Source: Vitrella brassicaformis CCMP3155
Taxonomy: Eukaryota; Protista; Chromerida
DNA: 64,000 nt
Assembly: GCA_001179505.1 (NCBI GenBank)
Contig: CDMY01000055.1
Coordinates: 62,001 to 126,000 of the forward strand
Direction of reading: 5' to 3'
Below are positions 63,701 through 64,000 of this stretch, piece after piece. The notes under the pieces were generated by a model. The model was not told the origin of the DNA. It worked only from the letters and a program-made list of their open reading frames with translations, and made no database searches. Both the position numbers and the translations under genes were made by a program. Every line of letters starts with the position of its first letter. Position 1 is the first letter of the stretch.

Positions 63701-64000
63701 GCCAAACAAGCCAAGGAGGCGCAGTATGAAATATCGAAGGTGAGCAGGGACATAGAGAGGGAATTCCTCTCCATCATACACACATGTCTGGATGCGTGTG
63801 TGCATGTGTGTTGTGTGTGTGTTTGGGTGCTGCTGGTTTGTTCAGGCCATCGCCATGCTGGAGGAGATGCAGAAGCGCCCAAGTGCCACCCATGTCGCCA
63901 GCGTGGGCGACCAGGTGTGGGATCTGATACCCCTCGACGAAATCAAACGGTAGGTGGGGAGCGGAGCCCACACAGAGACACAGAGACGGGGCACGAGATG
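60799..64000 (+). CDS. HAD-like hydrolase with long repetitive N-terminus (3' end beyond window)
   Basis: KVIFFDLDDTLIPS (motif I), ILVTNG (motif II), VISAR and SVGD (motif IV), preceded by tandemly duplicated exons. Confidence 0.7.
61220..62489 (+). repeat. ~520-bp tandem exon-intron module, about 2.5 copies
   Basis: Exons 61220-61447, 61733-61975 and 62253-62489 are homologous; 61525-61662 and 62051-62182 are homologous; introns share gagacacagccatacgcagc. Confidence 0.8.

Noticed and set aside
1-64000. rRNA, tRNA, CRISPR arrays, transposase or reverse transcriptase genes
   Set aside because: None recognised by eye. Small RNAs could be missed without covariance-model searches.

Overview
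Eukaryotic, GC-rich (roughly 55-60% by eye), intron-dense genomic scaffold. It has short introns packed with (CA)n, (GT)n, (ACAG)n and (GGAT)n microsatellites and two 300-N gaps (9516-9815, 28193-28492). Gene style and a recurring lineage-specific family resemble the chromerid alveolate Vitrella brassicaformis; this is recognition by pattern, not a database result. Recognisable genes are U1-70K, a GT17 (MGAT3-like) glycosyltransferase, a histidine phosphatase, a cytochrome-b5-fused fatty acid desaturase, an Avt3/4-like amino acid transporter, a HAD-like protein, an RlmL-like methyltransferase fragment, a DENN-like plus split-GOLD protein and an MBF1-like HTH exon. There are also several frameshifted relics and six full or partial copies of an uncharacterised family that share flanking DNA. 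The most notable candidates are: (i) a small secreted protein with a phage-tailspike-type self-cleaving chaperone (Peptidase S74/ICA) domain; (ii) a membrane-associated protein with a toxin-type His-Me-finger nuclease motif; (iii) the dispersed family, which has F-box-like or BC-box-like N-termini and conserved flanks; (iv) introns with self-complementary AC/GT ends; (v) a b5-fused desaturase with His in place of the canonical Gln in its third His box. All exon models were built by hand and are unverified by transcript data.
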